From Eledone cirrhosa (Eukaryota), in NCBI GenBank assembly GCA_964016885.1, contig OZ024750.1, forward strand, positions 22,320,001 to 22,384,000: a stretch of 64,000 bases of DNA, written 5' to 3'. The position numbers were made by a program, and so were the translations under genes. Position 1 is the stretch's first letter. Each line of letters starts with the position of its first letter. Below, piece by piece: positions 60,919-64,000 of this stretch. The notes beneath the pieces were generated by a model. The model saw only the letters and a program-made list of their open reading frames with translations, had not been told where the DNA came from and did no database searches.

Positions 60919-63799
60919 CAAACAACAGAGATATTAACTCTATATAAAATTATACTGGAAGGTTTTTATTATAAATATAAACACTTCTATAATACATTTT
61001 TGTATTATAGAATCAGGGATGGTTTCAGGCAGTTTCGAATTCAAAAGGTTAAAATAGGTGGGGTGTTTTTCCCATAGAATCTGAGCTTGGTTTGACTGGG
61101 TTAGTATCAAAAGGTAAACTAGAAATACTGTTGTTGATGGTGTTGAAATTCCTGTGTTACTATCAACAGTTGTCATATTAAAAAAAAAATATGGATTGTA
61201 ATTAGTTAATTAGTTAATTAGTTAATTAACCTAATGGGACACTTGCCAAATAGATCAACTACCTGGTTGCTCTCAACTTTTACGTTTTTATCTTTTTGCG
61301 ATCTTTTTATTTTTAATCACGAGATTCTTTAAATAAATACATCTAGATGTTTCCATGTCAGAGGTGAGTGTCAACAACAACAACAACAATGAAAACTTTA
61401 TACCTGCTTGTTTCTGTTTGTGTTTATTTTGCTTTCTTTTATACATACATACTCAGATATCACACACTCTCACCTTACACACACATATACACACACACAC
61501 AGCATACAGTCACATTTAGATCAGGGATTCCCAAAGTGGGCATTGCTACCCACAACCCACCCCATCCAGAAGAGTGAGGGGGGGGATAGAGAGACTCAAA
61601 GGAGGCACTGCATGGCAAAGGAGTGGTGAGAGAGAAAAGGGGCAAATATATGAATTAGTCACCTTTAATTATTCAATAAATGTTTAAATAAAATTTCAAA
61701 AATTATTAAAATCTAATTTTTCAGTGTATAATTTGTTATCACCTTTAAGGTGATGGTAGAGATGGTGGTGGTGGTCACGATGGTAATGGGTGATGGTGGA
61801 GGTCCAAAGAAGTTTTGAAAACTCTAAATTAAAGTGCCAGATTATCAACTGTTAACCTTTTTGGTATCAAACTGCCCGAAACTCCTCCTGGTTCCTTGAT
61901 ATGAAACTGTCCATTTTAAAGTGTTTATATTTAAAACCTTACATCATAATTCTATGTAAGAACCTTTTGTTAATCTATGATCAAAACACCAGATAGATAA
62001 CAAGAAAGTTACTTATTTCACTTAAATCACTGCAAATTCTTGATTTTTTTAAAAAAATTATTCACAAGCAGTGTATATTTCACTAACTTTTTTTTTTTAT
62101 ATCAAATCACCTGAAACTGCCCCTGATTCTATGATACTAAGCTGTTTGTTTTAAAGTGTTTATATTTATCTAAAAATCTTACATCATAATTCTGTGTAAG
62201 ACCATTTTGTTAAGTTGTGCTTCGAACACCAGATAAATAATGAGAAAGTTATTTATAATACTAAATTCTTGATTATTTTCAGAATTATTTGAAAATCAGA
62301 GACAGTATTTCTAGAGAAATATGATAACAAAAGGCTTTTTAAAAAAACATACAATATTTTTTATATTTTTCAACTAGAAGTAAGGTGAGCATTACTAACC
62401 ATCTAAAAATCAATGAATTATCTAACCTTTTTTTTCTTTTCTATTATTGACGTATTACCATAGTAATGACATTAACCTTTTGGAATAATATAATAATTTA
62501 ATAATGGTGTCAACTCTTTTACTGAATCAGTTAGACATTGTTTTGAAAGAGACAGTATCACTGTGTGAGGCTACTGTCCTTCAAATACACATTACAGTTG
62601 ATAGAGATGGTATCACTGTATGAGGCTACTCTCCCTCAAATATGCAGCATTCCATTTGCTTACACCAACATTTTTATAACATGCCATTGATATATATACA
62701 TCATCATCATCATCATTTTAATGTCTGCTTCCCTGCTACCAAGAGTTGGTTGGGTCTACAAAGACCAAGTCAGTACTGAAACAGCGCTACTAATCTCCCA
62801 GACAGACCAGAGATCTGCATCTTATGTATGGCCTCACGTTCTACCTTGTGCACAAGAGAGATTATCATGTCTTTGACACAACTGAAAGGTGCTCCCAACC
62901 CTTTGTTTGGCAAGCTTTCTATGGCTGGATACCCTTCCTATCACCAATATATATATATATATATTACATATCCCAAGACGATTATATATATATTTATGGA
63001 CTGGGAGCTACTGTGGTAGTGGTAGGAGGTAAAAGAAGGTCAGTGTACTAAAGGCGTGCCAGGCTGTCTATTGTTTGGTCATTCTGATCTGACTCTTAAA
63101 GTGGCTATAAAAAAAATAAGTCCTACAAGTTTATTTATTTTTCTTATCAGTATTATTATCATATTTGTATTCATAAGTTATTTGTATTCATATTTGTATT
63201 CATTATTTTAGTTGTGGTGTAGAAGGAAGAGGAGGTGTGCTTATGCTGAAATGTGCAAGTATGGCTGTGAGCTTGCGTGCAAGCTAAATCTTAATATAGT
63301 CAGTTTGTGTCATTGAACAAATGTCCACATACATGGAAATACTGCTGAGAGGAAAAGTAGATAAATCAACTAGTAAGAATTATTTGTATTATAGCCACAT
63401 TAAGAGCCAGTGCAGAATGACAAAAAATGAAAAGCCTGGGACACCTCTAGTACATTGACATACTTTCAGTGCTCCCACTTCCCTACATCTGGTTTAGCAG
63501 AATCAATGTTGATATAGCATATGCCTGCTATAACCCTGAATGGACAACATCATTTCGATGGTAGGCATATCAAAAATCAAAACCCCAAACAAATCATTGT
63601 TTACATTTACAGTACCTGTCTGACTACAACACATTAAATAACTATTACACAAAGACACTTTAATGTCTTTGAAATGTACATAACAGGTGTGATGTAAGGA
63701 CAATATACTGAAGTTGAACATGTAAAACCATTTCTCTTCTTCTCTCTTAATATATACACACACACATATGTATATATATATATATATATATATGTGTTT

Positions 63800-63982
63800 A
63801 TCTCAGGTTCAATTGGGGGTAACCACAGTAAGTAAGGTACTCAATACACAGTAGAGTATAAATATTTAATATAGAAATGGCTTCTACAGGACTAGAACTG
63901 TTTAATTTGGGAGGATCATCAGGCTTCCTGATGATTTCTCCCAAATGAAACAGTTCTAGTCCTGTAGAAGCCATTTCTATAT
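63800..63982. mobile_element. Penelope-like pseudo-LTR relic with inverted arm, flanked by (TA)n
   Basis: Palindrome 63869-63982 carrying a hammerhead; GTACTCAATAC-containing flank resembles 59440-59470. Confidence 0.6.
63922..63972 (+). ncRNA. Type I hammerhead ribozyme within a ~55-bp fold-back palindrome
   Basis: Stem I GGCTTC/GAAGCC (perfect); core CTGATGA; short stem II; GAA plus stem III ACAG/CTGT with CTAG-centred loop; GTA triplet; predicted cleavage after A63966. Confidence 0.78.
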
Positions 63983-64000
63983 ACATATATATATATAATG

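Noticed and set aside
60940-61176. 78-aa ORF
   Set aside because: About half overlaps a TTAA-MITE fragment; no splice or homology support

Overview
Eukaryotic, very AT-rich, microsatellite- and SINE-dense DNA. The repeat families (tRNA/Nin-Deu-type SINE, (GAT)n-tailed SINE, RTE, CR1, Penelope relics) look like a coleoid cephalopod (Octopus-like) genome; this is inferred, not proven. Two spliced genes were assembled by hand. (1) The 5' half of POLR3B (RNA polymerase III subunit RPC2) lies on the minus strand: 14 GT-AG exons, 22098->945, 541 codons plus 1 nt, continuing off the left edge. (2) A small TMEM141-like membrane-protein gene lies on the plus strand (~35.9-53.4 kb), with up to three candidate phase-0 first coding exons. 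Most ORFs in the supplied track are microsatellite or repeat artefacts. The most notable hidden signals are RNA-structural: two plus-strand minimal type I hammerhead ribozymes (59754-59845, 63922-63972) with several fold-back hammerhead relics in (TA)n tracts, consistent with Penelope-like pseudo-LTRs, and a covarying multi-helix 5' module on non-autonomous RTE-derived elements that I could not match to a known ribozyme class. All calls come from manual reading; no searches or folding programs were run.
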